Origin: Chiloscyllium plagiosum
Taxonomy: Eukaryota
Assembly: GCF_004010195.1 (NCBI RefSeq)
Contig: NC_057719.1
Location: 88,901,274 to 88,946,904 of the forward strand
DNA: 45,631 nt
Direction: 5' to 3'
Below, one piece after another: positions 1-12,021 of the stretch. The notes below the pieces were generated by a model. It was not told the origin of the DNA and did not search any database. It saw only the letters and a program-made list of their open reading frames with translations. The first letter of the stretch is position 1; the number at the start of each line of letters is the position of its first letter. Both the position numbers and the translations under genes were made by a program.

Positions 1-139
1 AGATTGTGTGGAGGATAATTCAGGAGAAGGAATTACTGTATTGGGAGTGGTGGGGGAAAGAAGATGTGACGATCTAGAGGGGTCTTTTGGGGGAGGGGAT
101 CCAGAGGAGGATGGTGTGGGACATGGTGATCGAGGGACG

Positions 140-750
140 GGCTGACTGGCGAAGGGGGCGTGGAGGACAGCCAAGACTCGCATGAGACCGAGTGCTGGCA
201 CTTCACACCTCCGTCTGCCTCCTTCCTGTCTGTCAGCCTATCAGTCAGTCAGCCGGGCGGGCGGGCAGGAACCGTGGCCCCAGTCCTTACCTAACAGCCG
301 CTCTGAGGCCGATCCCCTCCCCCTCTCCTCTCTCTGTCCTCTCGCTGCGGTCGCTCCAACCACACCACGAGGCCCCCGAAGGCCTCCTCGCCAATCAGAG
401 CCGTGGACCCCGGCGTCAGTGCAGCCAATCCCAAGCAGGGCTTCTTCTGATTGGCCGGACTGCACATTCTCCCGCGTTGCCTATTGGCTCAGATCCGCAC
501 CCCGAAAAATGGACGTGCTGATTGGCGGTTAGCCGCCGGCCGCTTTGAGTGATTGGGCCGCCCCGTCAGCTTATTAGCATAGTGCCCGATCCCGCGCCGC
601 CTGCGTGTCCAATCAGGAATAGCCGTCAAGCCTGGGCTGCCGATTGGTTCTTGGAGTTCGGCACGTGCATGTCGTGCCCGATCTGTAACCGAAGCGTCAT
701 CGACTCGCGGAGATCGCTGCAGCGGGGCAGTTACCCTGACCGTACAGCAA
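140..750. promoter_or_regulatory. CpG-rich promoter with CCAAT (NF-Y) box cluster, GC boxes and an E-box
   Basis: CpG density is far above the rest of the window. CCAAT at 391, 425, 609; ATTGG at 450, 483, 521, 552, 643; GGGGCGTGG near 155; CACGTG at 662-667. Confidence 0.8.
291..350 (-). other. Putative non-coding first exon of a gene transcribed leftward out of the window
   Basis: Minus strand reads TTAG|GTAAGG at 291/290, a consensus splice donor, about 100 bp from the nearest CCAAT box. The start site is a guess. Confidence 0.5.
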
Positions 751-756
751 CTGTCG

Positions 757-1055
757 GATTGCGTTGATATCCTTGCAGTCAGCTTGATCCCCTGAACCTT
801 GAGTACTAGCACCGATTGCATTGGGATCTTGCAGTCAGGTTGATCCTGTGATCCTTTAGCAATAGCACTGATTGCATTGAGATCACTGTAGCAAAGTTGA
901 TCCCCTGATCCCGCTGCAACAGCACTGATTTTTTGAGATCCCTGAAGCCAGGCTGATATACTGAGCCTGGCTGATTCCTGATTCTTGAGCAATAGCACTG
1001 ATTGCATTCGGATGCCTGCTGCAAGGATGATCCCTTGATCCTGCAGCTACAGCAT
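757..1055. repeat. Degenerate tandem repeat, about 57-bp unit, 5 copies
   Basis: Units of the form GATTGCATTGnGATC..TTGATCCCCTGA..AGCACT start at 757, 814, 870, 927 and 1000. Confidence 0.85.
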
Positions 1056-1466
1056 TTACAAATCAAAGCTACCTCATCTTCTACCTCACGACCCGATAAC
1101 CACATGGCGTTAACATCAACTTCATCAGTTTCCAAATCTCCCGTCCCCCCCACCTCATCCCAGATCCAACCCTCTTGCCCTGTCCTACCTGTCCATCTTC
1201 ATTCCCATCTATCCACTCCACCTTCCCCACTGACTGATCACAATTATCTCCCACCTGCATCCACCCACCTGCCTTCCAACCTACCTTCGTTACAGCTCCC
1301 CATCCCATTTATCTCTCTCCCTTCCCCCTCCACATTCCTGGAGAAGGGCTTTTGCCTGAAATGCTGACTCTCATACTGTTCGGATGCTGCCTGATCTGCT
1401 GTGCTTTTCCAGCGCTACACCTTTTGACCCTGACCCTCCAGCATTTGCAGTCCTCCCTTTCTCCCA
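1056..1466 (+). mobile_element. Penelope-like element (family A), old 3' fragment
   Basis: C-rich tract, degenerate hammerhead (ctggagaagggcttttgcctgaaa near 1338) and the GGATGCTGCCTGA..CTTTTCCAGC..TCTCC terminus shared with the RT-bearing copies in this window. Confidence 0.8.
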
Positions 1467-1512
1467 CTTAAATAGAACAGCACAGCTCAAGTCCTCCCTT
1501 TCTCCCACTTAA

Positions 1513-2213
1513 ATAGAACATTGAACAGCACAGCTCAGGAATGGGCCTTTCGGCCCATGATGTTGTGCCGAACATATTACCAAATTAATCCCTTCTGTCT
1601 GCACTCCATTTCTTGTATATTCATGTGCTTATGTAAAAGTCCCTTTAATCACTTCCCACCCCCACCCCCATCCAAAACGTGTCTGCCTCTACCACCATAC
1701 TTTGCATTTCAGATCCTACCACTCTCTGTGTAAAAAACTTGACCCCAAAGCTCCTTTGAATTTTTCCCCCCTCAACTTAAATGCAAGCCCTCTAATTTTA
1801 GACATTTCAACTCTCAGAAGAAGATTCTGACCACTAACAATTACGTTTCTCATAATTTTAGACTTCTATCAAGTCTCCCTTCAGCCTCTGCTGCTCAAGA
1901 GAAAACAACCCAAGTTTTTCCAGCCTGTCCATGTAGCTCATATCCATTAATCCAGGCAGAATCCTGGTAAACCTCTTCTGTTCCTCTCCAAAGCCTCCAC
2001 ATCCTTCCAGTAATGTGGCAATTTGCCATATGCCTTCCTTACCACCCTATCTACTTGTGTGGCCACTTTCAGGGAGCTGTGGACTAACCCCATGGCCCCA
2101 TGCATGGTACAACAATGCAACAATGTCCTGCTATTAACTGTATATTTTTCCTTAACATTTGATCTCCCAAAGTGCAGCACCCCCACTTACTCAGATTAAG
2201 GCCATCTGCCCTT
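1513..2213 (-). mobile_element. CR1-type LINE, 3' fragment (decayed)
   Basis: Minus-strand peptides VLHFGRSN and KVATQVDRVVRKAYG..KDVEALER are typical of the CR1 ORF2 C-terminus. TAGAACA-type tail at the left end. Confidence 0.85.
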
Positions 2214-2800
2214 GTCAGAGTGTCAGTCCAGAGGAAGTGCCTAATTGTAAGTTCAAAGCTGAGGATGTGTCTCACACTTCGAGGGTCAGTATTGAGTTAA
2301 TACTGGGAGGAGAAAGTGAGGACTGTAGATGCTGGAGTTCAGTGTCGAGAATGTGGTGCTGGAAAAGCACTGCAGGTCAGGCAGCATTCGAGGAGCAGGA
2401 AAATCAACGTTTCAGGCTTAAGCCCTTTCCTAATGAAGGGCTTATGCCCATAATGTAGATTTGCCTGCTCCTGAGTTAATACAGCTCTCTAAGAAGGTCA
2501 GTCCTGAGGAGGTCCCTCATTCCCAGATGGTCAGTACGTCCCTTATTGTCAGCGGGTCAGTTCTGAAGCAGTGTAGTTGTCTCATTGTGCCTCAACAGTG
2601 GATCAAATTGAGCCAATGCCTCATTTTTAATTGGGTCAGAATTAAGGGTACCATATCTTTAGAAGGTCAGTGCTGAGGAAGTGCAGCACTGCCAGAGAGT
2701 CAGTACTAAGAGAGGGCCTCATTATCAGAGGGTCAGTACCATTGGAGTGCCTTATTGTCAGCGGGTCACTTCTGAGGTAGTACCACATTGAGGAGGTTCA
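2214..2800 (+). repeat. About 33-bp degenerate minisatellite (GTCAGAGGGTCAGTACTGAGGGAGTGCCTCATT-like)
   Basis: Recurring GGTCAGT.CTGAGG..GTGCC.CATT at about 33-bp spacing, interrupted by the 2304-2471 insertion. Confidence 0.8.
2304..2471 (-). mobile_element. Mini Penelope-like insertion with partial inversion and TSD
   Basis: TSD TGAGTTAATAC at 2293-2303 and 2472-2482. A minus-strand PLE terminus is joined at the hammerhead to a short plus-strand inverted copy. Confidence 0.85.
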
Positions 2801-3474
2801 ATCATAGAATCATAGACATATACAGCAAGGGAACAGGCACTTTGGTCCAACTTGTCCATGCCAACTAGATAGCCTAAGTAAATCTAGTCCAATTTGCCAG
2901 CATTTGGCTCATATCCCTCTAAACCCTTCCTATTCAGATATCCATCCAGAAGCCTTTTACATGTTCTAATTGTACCAGCCTCTACCACTTCCTCTAGCAG
3001 CTCATTCCAAACACACATCACGTTTTGGTTGAAGAAGTTGCCCCTTAAGTCCCTTTTAAATCTTTCCCCTCTCACTTTAAACCTATGACCTCTAGTTTTG
3101 GACTCCTCCACCCTGAGGAAAAGATTTTGGCTATTCACCCTATCTATGTCCCTCATGAGTTTAGAAACATCTATATAGTCACCCTTCAGCCTCTGACACT
3201 GCAGTAAAAGTAGACCCAACATCTTCAGCCTCTCCCTCCAACCCTGGCAACATCCTTGTATATCTTTTCTAAACCTTCTCAAGTTTCTTGACATCCTCCT
3301 GACAGCAGGGAGATCAGAACTGAATGCAGTGTTCAAAAGTGGCCTGAACAACATAACTTCCCAAATCAATGCATTTATCAATAAACGCAAGCATACCAAA
3401 CACCTTCTCCACTGTCCTTTTGCCTGTGACTCTACTTTCAAGGAACTACAAACTTACACTCCAAAGACTCTTTG

Positions 3475-3570
3475 GAGTTTCCTGAAGAGGGGCTCATGCC
3501 CGAAACGTCGATTCTCCTGCTCCTTGGATGCTGCCTGACCTGCTGCGCTTTTCCAGCAACACATTTTCAG
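3475..3570 (+). mobile_element. 96-bp Penelope-like terminal fragment with hammerhead, inserted in CR1
   Basis: 16-bp TSD CTCCAAAGACTCTTTG at 3459-3474 and 3571-3586. Confidence 0.9.
3482..3509 (+). ncRNA. Minimal hammerhead ribozyme core (PLE family A)
   Basis: CTGAAGA-G-GGGC-TCAT-GCCC-GAAAC-GTC. Confidence 0.7.
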
Positions 3571-3920
3571 CTCCAAAGACTCTTTGTTCAGCAACACACC
3601 CCAGAATCTTATCATTAAGTGCATAAGTTCTGCCCTGATTTGCCTTTCCAAAATGCCGCACCTCACCATTACCTAAGATAAATTCCATCTACTGCTCCTC
3701 AGCCCACTGCCCCACCTGAACAAGATTCTGTTGTACTTTGAGTTAACATACATGGCTGTCTGATGCACCTGCAATTTGGTATCATTTGCAAAATTACTAA
3801 CCATACCTCCTATGTTCACATCCAAATCATTTATATAAATGATGAAAAGCAGTGAACCAAGCACCGATTCTTGTGGCACACAGCTGGTCACAGGCCTCCA
3901 GTCTGAAAAGCAACTCTCCA

Positions 3921-4045
3921 GAATGTGGCACTCCCACAGTACTGACCCTCTGATAGAGCTGCACTACCTCTGTAATGATACTCCCTCAATTCTGATTCCC
4001 TTGCAATGGGGCACTCCCTCAGACAGTGCTGCAATACCTTAGTAC
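3921..4045 (-). repeat. Same 33-bp minisatellite in opposite orientation
   Basis: Reverse complement reads TCAGAGGGTCAGTACTGTGGGAGTGCCACATT. Confidence 0.7.
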
Positions 4046-4836
4046 TGAGTTACAGACTAAAATGTAATAGAGGGATTTGAACGTGTTTACATATAGATCA
4101 ACAGATGCTTTGCAATTGGTTATAGACTGGAATTGAAGGGTTTGTGGTTTTTTATGAAGAGAACAACAGATGCCTGGGAGCACGTTACAGTCCATAATCT
4201 AATCAAGGTGTTCAGGGTGTAGAATAATAGATATTGGGGAATGTGTTTCAAACTGAAATCCAATCAATTGGTGTGCGGTGAGTTATGTCTAGAATGACAG
4301 ATACCAGGGAGGGAGATTCAGACTGGAATCTAGTAGAGGGGTTCAGGGTGTTACTTATATATAGAATAACAGATAGCGGGGAGTGTTGTAGACTGGAATC
4401 TAATCAAAGGGCCTGGGGTGGTTTATATATTGAATAACAGATCACTTGGAATGAGTTACAGACTGGAATCTCATATAGAGAGTTTTGGGGTGTTTATATA
4501 GAGAATAATAGGAATTCATGAATGAGTTACAGTCTGGAATCTAATTGAGGGATAGGGATGGTACAATATAGAATGAGGGATTGTGGGGAGTGAATTACAG
4601 ACTGGCATATAATTGAGGGTTTTGGGGTCATTTATATACAGAGTTACAGATACCAGAGAGCAACTTACAGACTGAAATCTAATCAAGGGGATCGGAGTGG
4701 TTTATGTATAGATGAACAGGTACATGGAAGGGAATTACAAACTGGATTCTAATCGAAGGGTTCAGGGTAGTTTATATACAGGTACCCTGGAGTGAGGTTC
4801 AAGCTGGAATCTAATTGAAGGGTTCAGGTTGGTATA

Positions 4837-5349
4837 TGCAGGAGAATTGTTAAATTTGTGGCAGCTATTTTGTCACATATTAGAAGCCAAGAGACCGTTT
4901 GAACCTCATCTTAGTGCCCACTTGCTAAAAGCCTGTGTATTCCCAAGCCCAGCTGATACAGTTGGCCTTACAGCTGTACTGATGCCTGATAAACAAATTC
5001 TTCTCTTTGCAAGGACCTACTGTATACTAACAGCTGCTTATCAGCTACTAACCAACACTGTCCTGACATTACATGACAGAATCTAATGACTGGGCAAGGT
5101 GCCTAGCTTGCTCATTATCCTGCAATTAACAGTTTTCTAATTATTAATTGATTATAACCTATATAATCATGCAACTCTCTGTATTTCGTGAGAGTCACTA
5201 GTGGCCATCCGATCGAGCTGGTCGTCTTGTCTCCCTCCATGAGCTCACAAATAAACCAGTCAATACTCAAGGCTTGTGTGATGTGGTATTTCTAAATTGG
5301 ATCACTACGAGCGAGTCACCCACAGCATTATTTACTTCTTTCCCCAGCA
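4837..5349 (+). mobile_element. Solo LTR (513 bp)
   Basis: TG...CA ends with imperfect inverted termini (TGCAGGAGAA / TTCCCCAGCA), 5-bp TSD GTATA (4832-4836, 5350-5354), TATATAA at 5160 and AATAAA at 5250. Confidence 0.85.
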
Positions 5350-8300
5350 GTATATATATATATATATATAGAATAACAGCTACTGTGGAGGGGATTACAG
5401 ACTGGAATCAAACAAGAGTGTTTCAGGGTGGTGCATATGTATGTATAGAATAACAGATACCCTGGTGTGCATAATGGACTGGAATCATATCGAGGGGTTC
5501 TCAGTGGTTTATATATGAAAGAACAGATATCTGAGAGTGAGTTACAGTCTGGAATCTAATTGTAAAGTTCTGTGGGGTTTAAGTTCAGAACAACAGATAC
5601 CCTGGTGTGCATAACAGACCGGAATTGAATCAAGGGATTGGGTTGGTTTATATATGGAATAACAGATTTCCAGGATGGTGTTACAGACTGCAATCCATTC
5701 AATGGTTTTGGGGTAGTTTATATTCAGATCAAAACATGTCTGGGAGGGATGTACAGACTAGAATCTAATTAAGGAGCTTGATGTGGGTTATATACAGAAT
5801 AACAGATCTCCGGGAATGAGATACAGACTGGAATCTAATAAAGGCGATCATTCTTGCTTATATATAAATTAACAGATGCCTGGGAGTGAGTTACAGAATG
5901 GAATCTAATCGAGGGGCCCAGGTTGATTTACATTTAGAATAACAGTTACAGACTGGAATCTAATAGAAGGGTTCAGGTTGTTATTTATATATAGAATAGT
6001 ACATCCCCTGGAGTGAATTACAGACTCGAATCTAATCAAAGGGCTCTGGTTGGTTTATATATTGAAGAACAGGTAGCTGGGAGGGAGTTACAGACTGGAA
6101 TCTAATTGAAAGTTTCAGTGTAGTTTACATATAGAATAACAAATCCCTTGGAGTGAGTTACACACTAAAGAATCCAACATAGAGAGGTTCGGGATTGATT
6201 ATATAGAGAATAATAGGAACCCAGGAGTGAGTTACAGACTGGAATGTAATCGAGGGGTTCGGGGTAGTTGATATATAATAACAGATTCCCTGAATGGAGT
6301 TACAGACTGGAATCCATTCAAGTGTGTAGGACGTATATATAAAGAACAACACATGCCCTGGAGGGAGTTATAGACTGGAATCTAATTGAGGGAATCAGGG
6401 TAGCTTATATATAGATCCAAACATACCCGGGAGAGATTTACAGACTAGAATCTAATCGAGGAGTTTGGGGTGGTTTATATATATAAACACAGATTCCTGG
6501 GAGTGAAGAAGAGACTGAAATCAAACAGAGAGGTTCGGAGTGGTTTATATACTGAACAACAGATTCCCAGGAGGGAAGGAAAAAAAAGACAGAAATCGAA
6601 TCAAAGAGTTTGGTGTGATATAGATATAGAACAACAGATACCCAGGAGGGAGCTACAGACTGGAATCTAATTGAGCGGTTCGGTGTGCTTTATATATAGA
6701 ATAACAGAGCCCTTGGACTGAGTTATAGACCGGAATCTAATTGAAGGTTCGGGGTGGTTACATATAGAATAACAGATATCGGGAAGGGAGTTACAGACTG
6801 GATTCGAATAGAAGGGCTCAGGGTGGTATTTATATATAGAATAATAGAGTGGGTTATACACTGGAATCTAATCAAGGGGCTCAGGTGGTTTATATATAGA
6901 ACAACAGATACCAGAGAGTGACTTACTGACTGGAATCCAATTGGACGGGGGAGGGGGGGGGAGAGCGGAGGTTGGTGTGCTGTATGCTCAAAACAACAGA
7001 TACCTGAGAGCGAGTAACGGACTAGAATCTAATCGAGGAGTTCAGTGTGATTTATATGCACAACAGCAGATATCTGGGAGTGAGTTACGGACTGGAATCT
7101 AATCGAGGATTTTGGTGTGGTTTATATATATAGAATAAAAGATACCTGGGAAGGAGTTACAGATTGGAATCTAAATGAGGGGTTCAGTGTATTTTATATA
7201 TAGAATAACAGATCCCTTTGTCATGAGTTACAGATGGAATCTAATACAGAACAGTTTGGGGTAGTTTATACAGAGAATGAAAGGAACCAGGAGTGAGTTA
7301 CAGACTGGACTCTATTCAGAGTTTGGAGTGGTATAATAAAGAATGACTGACTGCTGGGAGTGAATTACAGTCTGGAATATAATTGAGGTGTTCAGAGTGA
7401 TTTATATGTAGGATAACAGATAACGTGGTTTGAGTTTCAAACTGGAAACTAATCGAGGGGCCCTGGATGGGTTATGTACAGAATAACAGATACCAGGGTG
7501 GGAGTTACAGACTGGAATCGAGTCGAGTGGTAAGATACGGTTTATGTATAGAATATCAGATACCCAGCAGTGAATTACAGACTAGAACCTAATCAAGGAG
7601 TTTGTGGTGGTTTATGAATACAGCAATAGAAACCTGGGAGTAAGTTCCAGAGTGGAATCTAATTGAGAGTTTTGTCATTGTCTACATATAGAATAACAGA
7701 TACCCGGGAGTAAGTTACAGGTTAGAATCTAATTGAGGGGTTCAGTGTGATTTATATACTGAAAAACGGATACCCAGGAGTGTTTAACCGACTGGAATCT
7801 AATCGAAGGATTCAATATGGTTTATACACAGATCAGCAGATACCCAGTAGAGAGTTACAGAATGGAATCTAATGGAGTGTTTTTTGGGCCAGTGGATAAA
7901 CAGAACAACAAAACCCGGGATTGAATTACAGACTGGAATCTAATCGAGAGATTTAGGATGTTTTATGCATAGAATAACATATACCTGGGACTGAGTTAGA
8001 GACTGGAATCTAATTGAGGGGCTCAGGATAGTTTATATACAGAACAACATATACCTGGGAGTGAGGAACAGACTTGAATCTAAGTGAGGGTTCAGTCTGG
8101 GTTATGTACAGAGTAACAGAATAACAGCAGTGAGTTACAGACTGGAACCTAATCGAGAGGTTTGGGTTGGTTTATATACAGAAAAACAGATACCCTGGAG
8201 TGAGTGACAAACTGGAATATTATCGAGGGGTTGGAGTGGTTTATATATAGAACAACTGATACCCGTAACTGAGTTATAATTGAGGGGTTCAGGATGTTTT

Positions 8301-8855
8301 TCGATAGAACAAAAGATAAGCAGGAATGAGTTATAGACTGGAATCAAATTGAAGGATTTGGGGTGGTTTATATATAGAACAAAACATCCCCTGGAGGGAA
8401 GTACAGACTGGAATCTAATCGAGGGGTCAAGGTGGTTTACATCCCGAATAACAGATTCCCGGGAGAGTGTTACAGATGGAATACAGTTGAGGGGGTTGCG
8501 TGGTTTATATATAGAATAGCAAATACCTGGGAGTGATATACAGACTAGAATCTAATCGAGGGGCTTGGGGTGGTTTATATGTAGAACATATACCCGGGAG
8601 TGAGTTTCAAACTGGAATCTAATTGACAGATTTGGGGGTGGTTTATATATAGAAAAACAGCTACTCAGGAATGAATTACAGACTGGAATCTAATTGAGGT
8701 GTTCCGTGGAGTTTAAAGGCAGAACAACAGATACCCAAGAGTGCATAACAGACTGGAGGTAAAAACAATGACTGCAGATGCTGGAAACCAGATTCTGGAT
8801 TAGTGGTTCTGGAAGAGCACAGCAGTTCAGGCAGCATCCAAAGAGCAGCGAAATC

Positions 8856-8883
8856 GACGTTTCGGGCAAAAGCCCTTCATCAG
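8856..8883 (-). ncRNA. Minimal hammerhead ribozyme core (PLE family A)
   Basis: Reverse complement CTGATGA-A-GGGC-TTTT-GCCC-GAAAC-GTC. Confidence 0.75.
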
Positions 8884-8912
8884 GAATAAAGGCAGTGAGC
8901 CTGAAGCATGGG

Positions 8913-9651
8913 NNNNNNNNNNNNNNNNNNNNNNNNNNNNNNNNNNNNNNNNNNNNNNNNNNNNNNNNNNNNNNNNNNNNNNNNNNNNNNNNNNNNNNNN
9001 NNNNNNNNNNNNNNNNNNNNNNNNNNNNNNNNNNNNNNNNNNNNNNNNNNNNNNNNNNNNNNNNNNNNNNNNNNNNNNNNNNNNNNNNNNNNNNNNNNNN
9101 NNNNNNNNNNNNNNNNNNNNNNNNNNNNNNNNNNNNNNNNNNNNNNNNNNNNNNNNNNNNNNNNNNNNNNNNNNNNNNNNNNNNNNNNNNNNNNNNNNNN
9201 NNNNNNNNNNNNNNNNNNNNNNNNNNNNNNNNNNNNNNNNNNNNNNNNNNNNNNNNNNNNNNNNNNNNNNNNNNNNNNNNNNNNNNNNNNNNNNNNNNNN
9301 NNNNNNNNNNNNNNNNNNNNNNNNNNNNNNNNNNNNNNNNNNNNNNNNNNNNNNNNNNNNNNNNNNNNNNNNNNNNNNNNNNNNNNNNNNNNNNNNNNNN
9401 NNNNNNNNNNNNNNNNNNNNNNNNNNNNNNNNNNNNNNNNNNNNNNNNNNNNNNNNNNNNNNNNNNNNNNNNNNNNNNNNNNNNNNNNNNNNNNNNNNNN
9501 NNNNNNNNNNNNNNNNNNNNNNNNNNNNNNNNNNNNNNNNNNNNNNNNNNNNNNNNNNNNNNNNNNNNNNNNNNNNNNNNNNNNNNNNNNNNNNNNNNNN
9601 NNNNNNNNNNNNNNNNNNNNNNNNNNNNNNNNNNNNNNNNNNNNNNNNNNN
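8913..9651. other. Assembly gap
   Basis: Run of N. Confidence 1.
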
Positions 9652-10639
9652 GAGATGCGTTGGAGGGCATCTTTGACCACGTGGGAAGGGAAATTGCGGT
9701 CTCTAAAGAAGGTGGCCATCTGGTGTGTTCTGTGGTGGAACTGGTCCTCCTGGGAGCAGATACGGTGGAGGCGGAGGAATTGGGAATACGGGATGGCATT
9801 TTTGCAAGAGGTAGGGTGGGAAGAGGTGTAATCCAGGTAGCTGTGGGAGTCGGTGGGTTTGTAAAATATGTCAGTGTCAAGTCGGTCGTCATTAATGGAG
9901 ATGGAGATGGTCCAGGTAAATTTAAGGTCAGGGTGGGATGTGTTGGTGAAGTTGGTGAATTGCTCAACCTCCTCGCGGGAGCACGAGGTGGCGCCAATGC
10001 AGTCATCAATGTAGCGGAGGAAGAGGTGGGGAGTGGTGCCGGTGTAATTACGGAAAATCAACTGTGTGATCTTCCGTAATTACACCGGCACCATGGCTAC
10101 CCCTTTGGTCTAGAGGAAGTGGGAGGATTCAAAGGAGAAATTGTTAAGGGTGAGGACCAGTTCGGCCAAACAAATGAGAGTGTCGGTGGAAGGGTACTGT
10201 TCGGGACGTCTGGAGAGAAGAAAACGGAGGGCTTGGAGGCCCTGGTCATGGCGGATGGAGGTGTAGAGGGATTGGATATCCATGGTGAAGATGAGGCATT
10301 GGGGGCCAGGGAAATGGAAGTTTTGGAGGAGGTGGAGGGCGTGGGTGGTGTCTCGAACGTATGTGGGGAGTTCCTGGACTAGGGGGGATAGGACAGTCTG
10401 GAATCTAATTGAGGGGTTCGATGGGTTTATGTATAGAGAACAGCAGATACCCGGTCATGAGTTACAGACTGGAAACTAATGGAGCGGTTTGGGCTGTTTG
10501 ATGTACGGAACAACAGAAACCCAGGAATAAATTATAAACTGCAATTTAATCGAGGGTTTGGGGTGGTTAATATATAGAATAACAGATACCCAGGAGTGAG
10601 GTGGAGACTGGAATCTCAATGAGACTTTAGGAATGTTTC

Positions 10640-11020
10640 TTTTGTGGAAATTAAATCGACTTGATTCAATAGTTAGCAAGTGCAAAAAAAGGGTCTTTAT
10701 TGTTACCTCTGCAGAAGTGACTCCAGTACACAAATGCTAGATGCCTTCATGTAAAGGAGTGCCTTAACATGGTACAGACTCTTGCTTTATTCTGTTTCTT
10801 ATCACGCTCTCAAGGGCGAATCCCCTAGTCTTAGACATAACATTTCTTTAGTTTTCGCTGAGTTCGACTATCGCAAGGTCGAGTTGAATGTTTACAGAAT
10901 TCAAACAGAGATAAACTGACTACAGGCCTTCATCAAAGTATTGTTTAACTTACACAGCATTAAGTTGAAGAAAAGCATTCTCTTTCAAATGTCACAGTAA
11001 ATGGATAATTTTCCGTTACA
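10640..11020 (-). mobile_element. Solo LTR-like insertion (381 bp)
   Basis: 5-bp TSD GTTTC (10635-10639, 11021-11025). Right end AATTTTCCGTTACA, left end diverged TTTTGTGGAAATT. Minus-strand AATAAA at 10696-10701. Confidence 0.7.
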
Positions 11021-11714
11021 GTTTCATATATGGAATAACAGAGAGTCGGGAGTCAGTTCCAAAACTGGAATGTAATCGAGGGGTTGAGGTAGTTTATGTA
11101 CAGAATAACAGATTCTAAGGATGGAGTTACAGACTGGAATCCATTCGAGGGTTTTGGGGTGGTTTATATATAGAGTAAAACATATTTGGGAGGGATTTGC
11201 AGACTATAATCTAATCGAGGAGTTTTGGGCTATTTATATTTAGAATAACAGACCTCCAGAAGTGAGGTACAGACTGGAATCAAATAGAGGGATTTGGAGT
11301 GTTTTATATCCTGAGCAACGGATTTCCAGGAGTGAGTTACTGACAGGAATCAAAATTAGGGGTTTTGTTCTTGTTTATATATAGAAACACAGATACCCGG
11401 CAGTGAGTTACAGACTGGAACCTAATCGAGGGGTTTGAGTTGATGTATATATAGAACAGATACCAGGGAGGGAATGTCTGTCAGACTGGAATCTCGTTGA
11501 GCAGTTCAATGTGATTTATGTACAGAACATCAGATGCCTGGCAGTGAGTTGCAGATTGGAATCTCTTCAAGAGTTTTATCATTTTTTGTATATAGAATAA
11601 AAGATACCTAGGTGTGAGTTACAGAATGGAATCTAATGGAGGATTCATGGTGGTTAATGAACAGAACAACAGATGTAACCTAATTGAGCAATTCAATGTG
11701 GTTTATATACAGAA

Positions 11715-12021
11715 GGTCAGAGAAAGTGGCTCAGTGGTTAGCACTGCTACCTCACAGCGCCAGGGACCTGGGTTCGATTCCAGCCTTGGGTGACTATCTG
11801 TGTGGAGTTTGTACATTCTCTCCATGTCTGTGTGGATTTCCTCCGGGTGCTCCAGTTTCCTCCCACGGTCCAAAGATGTGCAGGTTAGGTGATTTGGTCA
11901 TGCTTAGAGTTAGGTGCATTAGTCAGGGGGAATGGGTCTGAGTGGGTTGCTCTTCGGAGGGTTGGTGTGGACTGGTTAGGCCGAAAAGGGCCTGTTTCCA
12001 CACTGTAGGGAATCTAATCTA
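11715..12021 (+). mobile_element. tRNA-derived SINE (HE1/V-SINE-like)
   Basis: A box TGGCTCAGTGG at 11727, B box GGTTCGATTCC at 11771, TGTGTGGAGTTTG..TTCTC core, (AATCT)n tail. Confidence 0.9.

Larger units (their letters stand above)
2801..3920 (-). mobile_element. CR1-type LINE, 3' portion (RT C-terminus and tail)
   Basis: [26 protein letters not shown] (RT), KTRGHRFKVRGERFKRDLRGNFF; ATCATAGA tail at 2801. Confidence 0.9.
8759..10392 (-). mobile_element. Penelope-like element (family A), 5'-truncated, with RT; spans an assembly gap
   Basis: Minus ORF PHLFLRYIDDCIG..LKFT..FYKPTDSHSYLDYTSSHP..NAIPYSQFLR (PLE RT and thumb). Flanks ACAGACTGGA / ACAGTCTGGA are TSD-like. Confidence 0.92.

Noticed and set aside
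182..1153. ORFs over the CpG island and the 57-bp repeat
   Set aside because: Overlapping frames on both strands with no recognisable domain, as expected from GC-rich or repetitive DNA.
1449..1537. 31-bp and 15-bp direct duplications at the PLE/CR1 junction
   Set aside because: Best read as a local junction duplication with no evidence of function.
8690..10079. ORFs of 300-440 aa
   Set aside because: Length is inflated by the N gap; only the minus-strand PLE RT part is meaningful. The same applies to 32240-33026.
11720..11790. tRNA gene (also near 28884)
   Set aside because: The A and B boxes continue into a SINE body and tail with no complete cloverleaf.
12005..12021. SINE tail GGAATCTAATC matching the satellite core, suggesting targeted insertion
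   Set aside because: The SINE junctions do not fall at that motif in the monomer, and the match is short.
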